This document shows, one piece after another, positions 52,401 to 64,000 of a stretch of DNA of 64,000 nucleotides. Each line of letters starts with the position of its first letter. Position 1 is the first letter of the stretch. Origin of the DNA: Octopus vulgaris (Eukaryota); contig OX597815.1 in assembly GCA_951406725.2 (NCBI GenBank), forward strand, positions 139,252,001-139,316,000, read 5' to 3'. A model generated the notes under the pieces. That model was given only the letters and a program-made list of their open reading frames with translations. It had not been told where the DNA came from and searched no databases. Both the position numbers and the translations under genes were made by a program.

Positions 52401-55127
52401 ATTATGACTAAAACATTATACTAGAAAGCAACAGTTACGAGTAGATCGGAGTAGGAGGAGTTAGTATTGTTTTACTACTGGAAAAGTTAAATGAATTTGA
52501 CATGCTGTAGTCGTAAAAGCAAAATTATTGAAACCTTGTTTTCATAAAGATAATTAAACTTTCTTTCCATATATAAACGTACATCTTTTTGTGTGCATGT
52601 GAATAGCTGTTTGCATGAAAGTGTGTATATATGCGATGTCTCTGACAAAATAAAAGGCAAAAAAGAATACGTAAAGTGAACATGGTATAATGAGAGGTTT
52701 TCGCGTGTTAAGTCATATGACGGAGTGACAAGCTAATGCTAAATAATGTATATTCTTGGAATGATCTTTCTTAAAGACAAACTCTTGAATGTGTGTATGT
52801 GGGGGTACGTGTGTGGATGTTTCTTCTGTGTGTCTGTTTACTTTTGAGCTACACTGAAACCAAAATAAATTACTATAAGATGAAAAGTTATAGCTGAGTT
52901 AACCAAGTATGGTGGAAAGAGAAAAGGAGAATACTGTTACACTTGTAAGCGCGCCAAGATTACACCGCTGATTCTTGTGCTCTGTTGTTTTCATATATCC
53001 TTGTGTGAAAACAAAGACATCTGACTGTAAACGACTAAATACTTTTAGCTATAAATAGATATACAAAACTATCGTCCTTACCATGTAAGGAAAGAAGTTG
53101 GTTTAAGATCGTTTATTCGTCCATTCATTATCTTGTAATTTCTAGTTCAGGTTCTTTTGTAAATGTGATGAGTGCAATGTTCCAGTCACCCATTGATAGA
53201 TATTACTGGCCATCAAAGATCAATAAATTGTTTCAGTCTTGTTAGATAGTCTTTGAAAAACTAACCTTATATTTCAAGTTATGTACACCTTTAGATCATG
53301 TCATCATTTACAATCCACACTAATTTATTATTTCAGTTTAATGAGGGAATTATATGCATCAACCGTTGTATGTCTGTGTTATCCCCTTATGTTGTATTCA
53401 GTTGCATGAATAATGAGGCTGTTCCATTGTCTTCAGTTCTTCGTGCGAGCATTCACAAGAAAATAAACGGTAACTGATACCATAGCACAATATGAAATAC
53501 ACAAAACTTCAAACAGATTATTAGAAATGCTAGCATATTTATCAATATTGAAACAAAGGACACGCTATACAATCGGAATATATGAAACGGCACATAACCC
53601 CTTCATAAATAAATTAGCACCTGGAAAATTAGATTATACAGAAATATGTGAACGTTGTCAACTTGCAACACACATCCAAAGGAATATCTGCAACGAAGAA
53701 AATCAATATCAAAGTTTTAGTGAGACCTCTTTCAACTTATGTACCAGTAAAAGTTCATCTGAACAAATGCAATATAACTTTTACATAAAAACTAAAAAGT
53801 GAATAAAAAATAACCATTCCAGTTAGGTTGTGGTTTTCATTCACAGAAAATTATTCATACATTCGACGAAGTAGTACACCTAATGTAATAAACTTTAATT
53901 TAAAGTTTAAATCAAAATTTTGTAAGTGAATTTAACAGCTTTATGTGTTATTGCACGAAATAATTATTCGTTCATACATCTTTATTAAGATGTGTCAGCA
54001 ATGCTTTTCCCTATAGGTGATCTGAATGTATTGCCAATCCTAATCCTTTGGACCTGGAAACTGCATGTTATGGCACTCAGCTACATGTGTTTGAAATCAC
54101 TCTACAAACGACTGAAATAGCAGATCTAAATTTAGACTAACTAAACTGTATTACATATACATGCGACAATTCTAGTTTCTCCATTAGATATAAAATGCTA
54201 CATATGCCTATGTTCAAATTCTGAATATGTAGAATAGCTTCTATAATCAAAATTCAGTATACATAACCTTTACAGTCCTATGGTCGTAGTTCTTCACAAA
54301 AAGTGAAACTTTATAAAACATTAAGGTGATTAATGCTAATGGTTGAGTCAATACTAACATATTTAATAAAATCAACTAAAATTGTTTAATCAGTTATCCG
54401 TTAGTCATACTAATAAATGCTAATAAATGCTAAAACTGCCGCTGCACGTACTGATAGAAGTTTAGTTTATGTAAAGTAGTAATATATTTTCAGATAGTGG
54501 CAATCGTCGAGGACTGATGACAGGTTGTCTTGTGAATTACATCAAGCTGTTAAGTAATTTTGTTTTCATAATTTAAAGAGTAAGTCCCACGCTTTAGCTA
54601 TAATCATAAAACAACAAACGTTGCATTGAATTTCTGTCAATGAGAGTACTGCAATGAGAATTCATTCATAAAGTAAGCTTGGCCTCGTTACGCTTCTTTC
54701 TCGGTTTTTATCTCTCTTTTATTTAGCAGTTTCCTTTTCATTGGAATTATATGTTCGCTAGATGCCAAGCTTGCACTTTTCCAAACACGTAAATATTCTG
54801 TTTAACACGTCCCTTTGGTACTAAAATTTTTCTATCGTCACTCCACTAAATAATTTAGCATTTCTTGCAACTTAATTCATTCATGTATCATCAAAAGTTC
54901 TTCTGTGTCCGCAGTTGGAATGTCTATCCAGTGGTCCAGGAGGAGACCTGAAATTGTCAGATGAGACTTTTTTATAGTTTAAGAAATTCTAGAATCACCT
55001 CTGGTGTTTTAACATACCTTGCATTAGTGTATATATGCATGTTAACATTACCAGGTCTGCATATTCAGTTCTCTAGTGACACGTTTTGTGTCGTATAATT
55101 AATTACTAACTGCAGTTATTGTTAGTA

Positions 55128-55315
55128 TTGTTTAAGCTAGCATCAACCCTGATCAAGGAAACTTCTTTTCAAAGTTGTTCCAACCATTACTATCTCATTG
55201 CATTTTTCTAGTGTCTGTGGGATCATATTATCTAATATGTTGTTCCTTTTAAAAAGTTATTGGGTGTGAGTCGAGGAGAATTTAGCTACGATTACTAGTA
55301 TGCCAATGTACTGGT
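55128..55315 (-). mobile_element. Ancient SINE-like repeat relic
   Basis: Reverse-complement similarity to the 11.0, 32.4 and 57.7 kb copies. Confidence 0.45.
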
Positions 55316-55744
55316 TGGAAGAGTTTTCTTTGATTTGTGCACACTGCAAAATCGGAGATTTTTTCTTGCACCCAGTTCACTAAAGTAGTGTTCGCATGAT
55401 CGTTAGAAATATGCTGGAAATATGACATGATTTTTTCTGATATAATTTGGCACCAAACCTGAAATGTAAGGAGTCGTTACACTAAATTGATCTATATTAT
55501 ATCATCAAATGAAGTTGTTGCTACTTTGAACAGAGCAGATTGCAACACAGCTTATGTGCGCTTCTTGTTAAATGGGGGTTTGCTATCACTTGGATTTCAA
55601 GTGACTCTGTTGTAGTTCGTGCCAGATAACCAAAGTAAAAAATTAAAATAAAGCCAAGCTTTTAGACGATACTTTAAATTATTATGTTTGAATTACCAAA
55701 TACTTGTAAGTTTTGTGTAAATGGATCTTCGTATGCTTCGGCGA

Positions 55745-55920
55745 CGAATATTCAGTTGGTCAGTCAACTGTCCTGTCTGCTCTTTAATATGACTGAGTAT
55801 TCGACAGATACGTGTACATTTAGCGTAATCCTCATATAAAACAAACATGATACCATATGTAACATGACTGTACCTTCAAATTACGAGCATAATCCATCTG
55901 AATAGGACGGAGTATCGAGG
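55745..55920 (-). mobile_element. Old SINE 3' relic (related to the 19.4 kb SINE)
   Basis: GACTGAGTATTCGACAGATACGTGTAC is a diverged reverse complement of GTACACGTGTCTGTGGAGTGCTCAGCC at 19.67 kb. Confidence 0.6.
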
Positions 55921-57492
55921 TCCTCCTTATTTGTGAAGAGATGATCTCTTACTTTTTATAAGATTTGTAACCTAATTAGCTGCATTACTTTATCGAATGG
56001 TTTGTATAGTGATATGGAATCTTCAGTGATAAGATAAGCTTTAATGAAACGGCATTACGTGTTGAAATTAATGTATTCAGCCATGAAATTTCCTAATAAT
56101 ACAGATTACTAAACTTTGATTAATAGAGGTTCCAATATGGAGAGCAATGTTTTTACTTTGCCAACATTTGAAATGTCGTTATTATTAATAGACTTTATCA
56201 TTCAGTGATGTTCACTAGAGCAACAAATCTCTTACGAACACTACGCTTAGTTTTTCTTTCAACTGAAAGCCAAATATGTTTTAACAGTGATTTCCCTTGG
56301 TGGCATTACCTACCAAATTGCCATACATTAACGCAGACAAACAATTACAAACACAGATATAGTGAAATGCACTTCACTGATTTGTCCTTCCCTTCTTTCT
56401 CTAAGTGCTTTTATCTACTCAAAATCGATATAACTTGGCATTTTGGTTTCTCTTGTCAAACCAAGAGTAACAGTTTGAGATTCACTGCTTTATTTTCAAA
56501 ATCAGTAATGACAATTCTGTTTCAAGAGATATCATATCTTCATATTTTATATTTGTTGAAACAAAATACGATTCACACAACTGTCGGAGCTAGCTTCCTC
56601 ATTTATTGTCATTTCGATCCTCCAATCAAGTAACATTCACAACAGATATAGCGGCCATCTTGTTCATATTAAAATATATTTTATATTTGTTTGTTTGTTT
56701 GTCCGTGAATGTGTTTGTGTATGTTTATGTGTGTGCGTGTATGTGAGTCTGTTGATAAAGAAAGAGCGGCTATGAAATTGAGAAATGCCTACTACAGCTG
56801 CCATCAAAGTATACTGGAAAGTAATTTTATGATCTTTGACGTAACTTCTGACGGATAAAGAAGTTTTCATTTATCTTACGAAAGTAGCCGTCTACTATCT
56901 TTAGAATTGAATTATGTTTGACTAATGTAAGATTTTTAAGGTGTCAGCATTTACTTAAAGATAAAATATTCGTTTCCTTCAAAGAACATATTGTTTACAG
57001 CATACTATATCATGTCAGATTATAAAAATCAAAGCCAAGTCAGTAGTAATTGATATTGAATTTCATTATTTGAACATTGTCTACGAAACTTATCAACAGC
57101 TAATCGATTAACTAACAATGTTTTATACGACAATATTTAATCCTTGGGGCAAACAACCTCCCTTCGCTTCTATACTTGACAAATAATACCATCTGCGCTC
57201 CACCGCCAGCTAACACGCAAACCATTTGAAGAATTTCTCTATTAAATACCTATTTCTCATGCACTATGTTCAGCTATGTATGCACACCATGATAATTCTA
57301 GTTATTCTTGGTTGGCTGTAAAAGAAGTTGTCTTCTTGAACGTATCGTGCATTCGTTCTTCTCATTTATTTCTCATCTGTTCCCGAACAAACAAGGCGTC
57401 CACTTAACGCAAAAACTCTCTTTACACTGCTTCGACACTATTTCTCCAGATTCATCTACTGTATGAGTGAGTGAGCATGTGCGTGTAGGCAT

Positions 57493-57548
<56 letters not shown>

Positions 57549-57682
57549 GCGTATGTGTGTATGCGTCTGTGTGTATATATATATTTACATATATGGACAT
57601 ATGTATGTATGGTAATTATGTGTGTGTGCATGAATATGCATATGACCCACTACAAACAAGCCAATGAACAATACTCTGCGTT

Positions 57683-57850
57683 GGTGGTCGCTCTAAAAAG
57701 AACAGCCAAATACACTCCTAAATTACTCCCTACTTTCTGAAGATGGCCGCCTTAGATAATGTTGTCACAGGCAAATTTTCTAAAGCTCGCAGTTGCTATA
57801 ACTAGAAACCCCGTGACCATAAGTTAGTCATAACCTCATTAGGGCTAACT
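57683..57850 (+). mobile_element. Ancient SINE-like repeat relic
   Basis: GTGGTCGCTC..AACAGCCAAAT core. Confidence 0.45.
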
Positions 57851-58796
57851 TATAGCTAAACAATGTAAGAAAGCGATTGAGCACACGAACATAACTCCAA
57901 ACTTTTTTAGTTGCTGACAGCTGTTTGACGAACTAACTTTTTGTATTGAAGACATTTCTATGTTTGTATTGTTGACCATTCTATGTTTAAGTGATCATCG
58001 ATCCATTTACTTCTATAATGTTGTTCTTTGACAGTCTTTGTGTATGAGTGCATATCGCGTATGTAGCCGTATTTGTAAGTACTCGTATATGTGAGTGTGT
58101 ATTCTTTATATTCTGTAGCTTTAAACGTGTTTCTGTAATAAGTTTTGGCAACGCTTTCGCGACTGATATGAATATTAACATAAACCTAAGATGTAACTAA
58201 TGGATTGTTCTTACATGGCATCTTACTGTGAACAGAAAATGAGAAGGAACTTATGACTATTTTGATGTGATTAGTTGTTTGGTAGAATAAGGTATACATT
58301 ATCTCTTTACGGCATTTGTATCCGTTTTTAGTGACGTTGAGTACACTTGAGATATTCGCAACAGAAAATTAATTCATTTGTTAATTATCATTGGAAAGTG
58401 TTTTGTTTATTAAGTAACACAAAAAGAAATTTTAACATGGAAGTCCATTCTTCATTATATTTGAGTGTGATTGTATGTGTGTATGCATATGTGTGTGCGT
58501 CTATGTATATGTGTGTGTGTGTGTGTTAAAAAACGGAACACCTGCGAAAATTGCAGGTGTTCTATTCTTGATTCTGTTCAAAAGAATCAAAAACATTGCT
58601 GTAGGAATTATAGCCTTTTGTTATAATTTAGTTACCTTAGTTACCATGGTCACAATAATCTTTAAATTTATTAAATATCTTTAGTTTCAATTTTCAATCA
58701 TTAATATCCATCGCGCTTCTTTCCTTTCAATTATTGAAATACTTCGATTTTATTTCCAACTGTGCGTAAGCAATATTTTCTCGAGGACTTGTCTCG

Positions 58797-58875
58797 AATT
58801 TTAAGTATCTTTTGTCTAATTCAAAAAATCTTTTGTCTAATTTTAAATATTTTTTGTCTAATTTTAAATATTTTC
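58797..58875. repeat. 21-bp tandem repeat (about 3.5 units)
   Basis: TTTTGTCTAATT recurs at a 21-nt spacing. Confidence 0.8.
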
Positions 58876-59811
58876 TATAAGAAGCTAGTAGAAGGTTTGT
58901 AGATCGTTTAACCTTTGTGATTAAAAGGAGATATTTTTCCGACTTAAAAAATAATTTCACTACATTATTACAATCATAAACAGTCTGAAAGAGAACTATT
59001 AACCACAACTATTAAACACCATACATAGACCTTAAAAATCAAGAGGGATGGTCAACGGTCAGCAAGAAATAGAAATTGCTGAGCGTAAGCAATTGTTTAT
59101 CTTGGATAATCGTTATGGTTACAGTTTCTTCAAAAATGCGAACCCGACAAAAAAAAATTAAAACCTTTCTTTCTCTAATTTGGCCGCTAGAAATGCTCAA
59201 AGATACTCCAGAGATGAGTGTGCCTTCTCAAGGAAGCAGTTTGGTGGTGGTTTCATATAATTATGTTCAGAAAGGTTTACTAAACTGCGTGTTTGTATAA
59301 AAAATTGTAACTGCTTTCACTGACACCTATACAAGAAACAACCATCATCATCAACCTCATCAGCATTCAAATCCTAAAGTTTAGGAAAGGAATTATTTTT
59401 TTAAAAATGACTTTTTTTTTCAACAGTCATTATTATTATCATATTATTAATATTATTATTATTATTTGATTGGCAGAATCATTGGAGCATTGACAAAATG
59501 CCTTGTAGCATTTTGTTATGGCTCTTTATGTATTGTGGTTTTCAGCCAGGGAGAGTCTTAGTATATCGGCATATACTTATCAGTTACTTTCATCCATTTC
59601 TTCGACAGCCATCACAACATTGATAATTCAGCGATTTTATATCAAAAACATCTATTTTTCAAAAATACAGATAGTACAATATACAAGCAAGTATTCATAA
59701 AACTGATGAAAGGAGAGAGCTACAGTACAAACTGAATGTAAAATATATGACAATACATAGACACACACAGAGACTCACACATACACACAACATACATTCA
59801 TGCATATATAC

Positions 59812-59814
<3 letters not shown>

Positions 59815-59892
<78 letters not shown>
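59815..59892. repeat. (TA)n microsatellite
   Basis: Directly visible. Confidence 0.97.
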
Positions 59893-59896
<4 letters not shown>

Positions 59897-60065
59897 CATC
59901 CAAGGGGAATACTGGTTTTATACCTAGTATTTTGGGGAAATGAAATTTCATAAATTCAATAGGTATATATTAAGAATAAACTTCATGCTCAGTTAATTGA
60001 GGGAGAGAAAATGCCGAGTTAAAATAGTAATAATTATTTATTATTAAAAAACTGATGATTTTTAC

Positions 60066-60161
60066 TTCTTACAGTCGTTTCCATTAGTGCTCAATAGGTA
60101 AATTACAAATTTATGCTTTAAATTTGCATTTATGTCTTATGAGCATAATTTCATTAGAAAA
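60066..60161 (-). ncRNA. Hammerhead relic in a PLE-like terminal repeat
   Basis: Minus strand CTAATGA-(ATTA-TGCTCA/TGAGCA-C-TAAT)-GAAAC-GACT-GTA-AGAA; G5 is mutated to A. Confidence 0.6.
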
Positions 60162-60953
60162 AACATATACATTAAGATATTACATGTGGACCTTTCCGTT
60201 CATGCAAACAGGATAAGTTTTGTTTTTATTTTAAAAGTTGTACTTTGCTTTAGAGTCGTTAAAGCAACATCCGTGATTGCGTGATCTAAACATATTTGCA
60301 AAGTTGAGATTAACATCTTGTTTAAAATCTCGCTGTAAACTATCGGGCGTTAAGTTTTTCCAAAACCTTAGGAAAAAGCCCAGATGTTATAAAATCTCGT
60401 AGACTGTTAAACATCGAGCGTTTCGGAATCTTCGTGTTATTTATTACAAGCTTCTTCGAGCTCAGATGTTCCGTTAGCCCCACGTGATCAATAACGCCAT
60501 GTTTGCCTATCATAAGAAAGTCAATAAGGTAACCTTGTTTCTACCGATCATGCGTCACGCGGACACACGCACTGAGACACACATACACACAATGTGCTTT
60601 AGAAAACCCGTACAATGCCAATTCAAAAGCTGGGAATAAAGGATAATAAACCAAAAGAAATTTTATAAAGGGTTATAAGCAAAAAGTAACTTTTAAGTAT
60701 CAGCAAAATAGCAGACGAATTGAACTACGTATATCTGAAATCCTAGACAAAGTTTAGTGTTCCATTATTCATAGGATCAACAAAAAGGTATTCCATCGAA
60801 TGAGAGATATCATTTAATATACACCGAATTTAAATACGAACTACTATTATATTAATGCTGTAGAAACACAATAAATTAGCAGATTTATAGATTTACGTAT
60901 CATATCTTGTACCTCCAAGCATTATTTAAAGTTCAAATACACATCGTGGCCGG

Positions 60954-61085
60954 TCTTATTTGAGAAAAAGAGAAAGGACGATGGTCAATGAGAAAATACG
61001 AGAAAAGACATGCATTCACTTTCTTCTCGTCCTTTCTTGTGTTTTCTCATAGACTGGCGTGCTGTTTTCGTCTTTTCAAATAAGA
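60954..61085. repeat. Degenerate inverted repeat
   Basis: TCTTATTTGA..ATGAGAAAATACGAGAAA / TTTCTTGTGTTTTCTCAT..TCAAATAAGA. Confidence 0.75.
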
Positions 61086-61190
61086 ACATAGAGAGCTAGC
61101 TGCGTTGTGCGTGTTGGTAAGTTGCACATTCTTCTTAAAATAGAACTATGATGAAATTTCTTTTTTGTATGTATACATGTGTGTGTGTGT

Positions 61191-62722
61191 CATTATTCAG
61201 TTTATTTCAAGATCTCTTGCCAATAGATAAAGAATCAGCACCTAACCTGAATCCAAGGTTCTTTTATTGGAATTTCAACATCAGCAACAGGGTATTTTTG
61301 TTTATATGTATGTGTGTATGTATGTGAAAATTTGTATGTTTTATGTATGTATTCTTATGCATATAGTTACATAACTAGACTTGCTCTTATATATTCAAAT
61401 GATAAACGCCTGGAAAGTTTTAGAGATTTTTACAGTTCCAATGATGGACTGGATCTGTAGTCTTCGAATTAGCGTTCTCCTTTCTGGTTTTGAGAAGCCT
61501 AAATTCTCAAGATTGGTACTTAGGTAGTGTGTTACATATCACAGGGCCCTAATAATTACAAGTATAATCTGAACTTGTAATCTGGATAGAGTAACTGCAG
61601 GTTTCTCAGTAGTTCAGCATAGGTGTTCTCTTTTTCACTGATCTTCAGCTTTATGTTAACATCCGCTGGGCAACTACTTTCCACAATTGTATACAATTTC
61701 TCTTCTCTATCCCAAATCATTATATCAGGTGTGTTGTGCTAACATTTTGAGGTTTTCACTGGTACATTCCACCAATATTCGTTTTCATTATGAGTGGCTA
61801 TGGCTTGTACCATATTCTGGGTTTTTATTTCTTTGTCGTAGGGATTATCCTTCCGACAGATTTAGAGTGAACTAGCTACAACGTCATGTCTCATCGGTAG
61901 ATAATACCGTGATGACATTTTCGGACAACTGCTAATGGTGTGGGTGATATTTTCAGTGTGGACTCCACAAATTCTCCATCGGTTGTCACACTTTACGGCT
62001 TTTCCCGCATCTCTATCCCATTTGTGCAGCTGGTACTTGGTTGATATTTCCTGTTCCTGGATTTCAAACGCATATCTTTCAAAGTGGGTGGTAGTAATCC
62101 GGCTATTGGTCCATGATAAACTGCTTTGTTGTTACTATTATCACGCAGCTTTCTATTAGGCTCATCCTTTCATCTGATGATATGCTGCGGTAGGGTCGTG
62201 CGACTTCTTTGAGCATGTATTCTAGGTTATCAGATAAAGAGTATTGCTCAAGGAGTTACTTTCGAAGTTTTATGATGTTATCAGTCTCATGTATGCAAAC
62301 TTGGTCAAGAGATGGACTTCGACGCTTGATTTTTTTAAGATATTGCCGAAGGAATATGATGCGACATTCAAAGGCATTTTGTATTGATGTTAAGCATCTG
62401 CCGCCTTGTTTATGTTTTAGGTAGAGGCGACCTATGTCACTGCTTATGTGGAAATTATGTGTGCTTGTTAGTATTTTTCGAGTTTCACATCAATGGCTCG
62501 AATCTCATCAAGCGTCCAATCAAGCAGCCTAAATGTTGGTATGAGTACTGGCACTGCAAACACATTGTGGGCCACTGTTTTATTGAATGCAGAGAGTTCT
62601 GAGATCCAAATTTTCTTTATTCGGCTGTATTGTGCTTTAGTGACACTTATGTTATGTTACAGGTGGTATTGTAAGATATATTTTCATCCACCCCTAGATA
62701 TTTGTAACATTTCTCGTCAGAT
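61191..62722 (-). mobile_element. 5'-truncated R4/Dong-clade LINE with 3' UTR
   Basis: YKYLGVDENI (RT end), RICGVHTENITHTISSCPKMSSRYYLPMRHDVVA (zinc knuckle plus RHD), EYWWNVPV..HNTPDIMIWDRE..SCPADVNI..EKENTYAEL (endonuclease). Confidence 0.9.
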
Positions 62723-62910
62723 GTATGTACGTATGTGTGTATGTACGTACGTATGTATGTATGTATGTACGTATGTATGTACGTATGTATGTATGTACGT
62801 ATGTATGTACGTATGTATGTACGTATGTATGTATGTATGTACGGATGTATGTATGTATGTATGTATGTATGTACGTATGTATGTATGTATGTACGTACGT
62901 ACGTACGTAT
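62722..62910. repeat. (TATG/TACG)n microsatellite
   Basis: Directly visible. Confidence 0.95.
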
Positions 62911-63074
62911 GGAGAATTTTCTAAACAATTCCATTATTACCATATCGGACCGATTTCAGGGTTAGTTCATAAGAACCCTCCTTACGTCAGTGATAAATGT
63001 GGCAAAGAAATAAATGAAATACTTACTCATACCCATGAAAGAAGCAAACACTAAGTATGTACGTACGTACGTAT

Positions 63075-63190
63075 GGCATTATTCAGTTTTATTTCTAGAT
63101 TTCTTGCCAATAGAGGAAAAGTCGGTTTCTATTCTAGATCCAAGGCTCCTTCACTGGAATTCCAACATCAACAACAGGGTGGTTTTGTAT
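63075..63190 (-). mobile_element. R4/Dong 3' UTR fragment
   Basis: Similar to 61191-61300 (CATTATTCAGTTTTATTTC..CTTGCCAATAGA..CAACAGGGT); flanked by TATG repeats. Confidence 0.85.
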
Positions 63191-64000
63191 GCATGTATGT
63201 ATATGTGCAGATTTTTGGTTTATCTTATGTACGTCTTCGCATGTATATATGTATGTATGCATGCATGTATGTATATTTGTAAATATGCATGTGAGACTGT
63301 CTAGTTTTTAAATGTTTCAAAGAACAAAGTTGCATCAGTAATTAGCATATTAATGTATTTTAAAACTGAGACATTAAACACACATCTTAAATCGATAGTG
63401 AGTTAACACAGGCAGCTACGGATGAATTTCATATCTTTGTGACTATATAAAGCTAAGGAGAGCTACTGAAGTACCATGTACGAATGAAAATAAAGGAGTT
63501 GGATATCAACTGCAGACAGTTAAATAATAGAATTGCGACAACAAAAGCGAAATATGAAAATCACTCCTAAGCTGTAGTTATTTATGTAGGAGCTATCTAA
63601 AGTATAAAGTATAAAATACAAATTGAACACACGAAAGGAAAAAAAAATCGATGAACATTTTACAAGGGCGCTGAAAGTTACTTCGATCAGGAAGTAGAAT
63701 GGTATTTAGCAACAATGGAATAGCTTTAATATTTTCACACGACTGTGATTATCCTTGGAGCAAAATAAGTTAGAAAGTTATGTAGTTCGTCACCCCGACT
63801 GAGCATAAAATAGTTTATGCCAATAATTCTTGACACATCATTATTGATGTCAGGTGAGTTCAGAGAGACGTTCAACTCCTACAGTTTCTGAGAGACACTC
63901 ACACATACACGCACACACAAATATATGAGTATATGTGTGTATACATATATGCATGTATCTATAAATATGTACATATATATATGCATGTACGTATTTACGT

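Noticed and set aside
52950-53600. Further R4-like relics
   Set aside because: Only one or two short motif-like matches, not enough to call.
54494-54553. Possible 60-nt exon (ttttcag...gtaatt; DSGNRRGLMTGCLVNYIKLL)
   Set aside because: Splice signals are weak, the peptide is unrecognisable, and such matches are expected by chance.
56205-56633. 142-aa ORF on the + strand
   Set aside because: GTG start, composition typical of AT-rich non-coding DNA, and no recognisable motif.

Overview
This is AT-rich, gene-poor eukaryotic DNA, most likely an octopus (cephalopod) intron or intergenic region. That assignment is inferred from the dense microsatellites and the SINE types I recognise. I cannot support any intact host protein-coding gene; nearly all listed ORFs are microsatellite translations or transposon relics. 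The window is a mosaic of decayed mobile elements: DD37D/mariner DNA transposons and MITEs, a Merlin (IS1595-like) element with long TIRs and an 8-bp TSD, a hAT relic and MITE, two non-autonomous Helitrons, R4/Dong LINEs with a restriction-like endonuclease, L2/CR1-type and RTE-like LINE relics, tRNA-derived SINEs, and Penelope-like (PLE) terminal repeats. The most interesting signal is a set of about ten minimal type-I hammerhead ribozyme (HHR) motifs. One lies in a 221-bp TSD-flanked mini-element and has a swapped G3-C8 catalytic-core pair (28.7 kb). Another pair forms a fold-back that encodes an HHR on each strand (47.2 kb). Other leads are R4/Dong copies that all sit in (CATA)n arrays, a degenerate 27-bp repeat, and a promoter-like GC-rich island at 20.5 kb. 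Relic boundaries are approximate and all translations and folds were done by eye.
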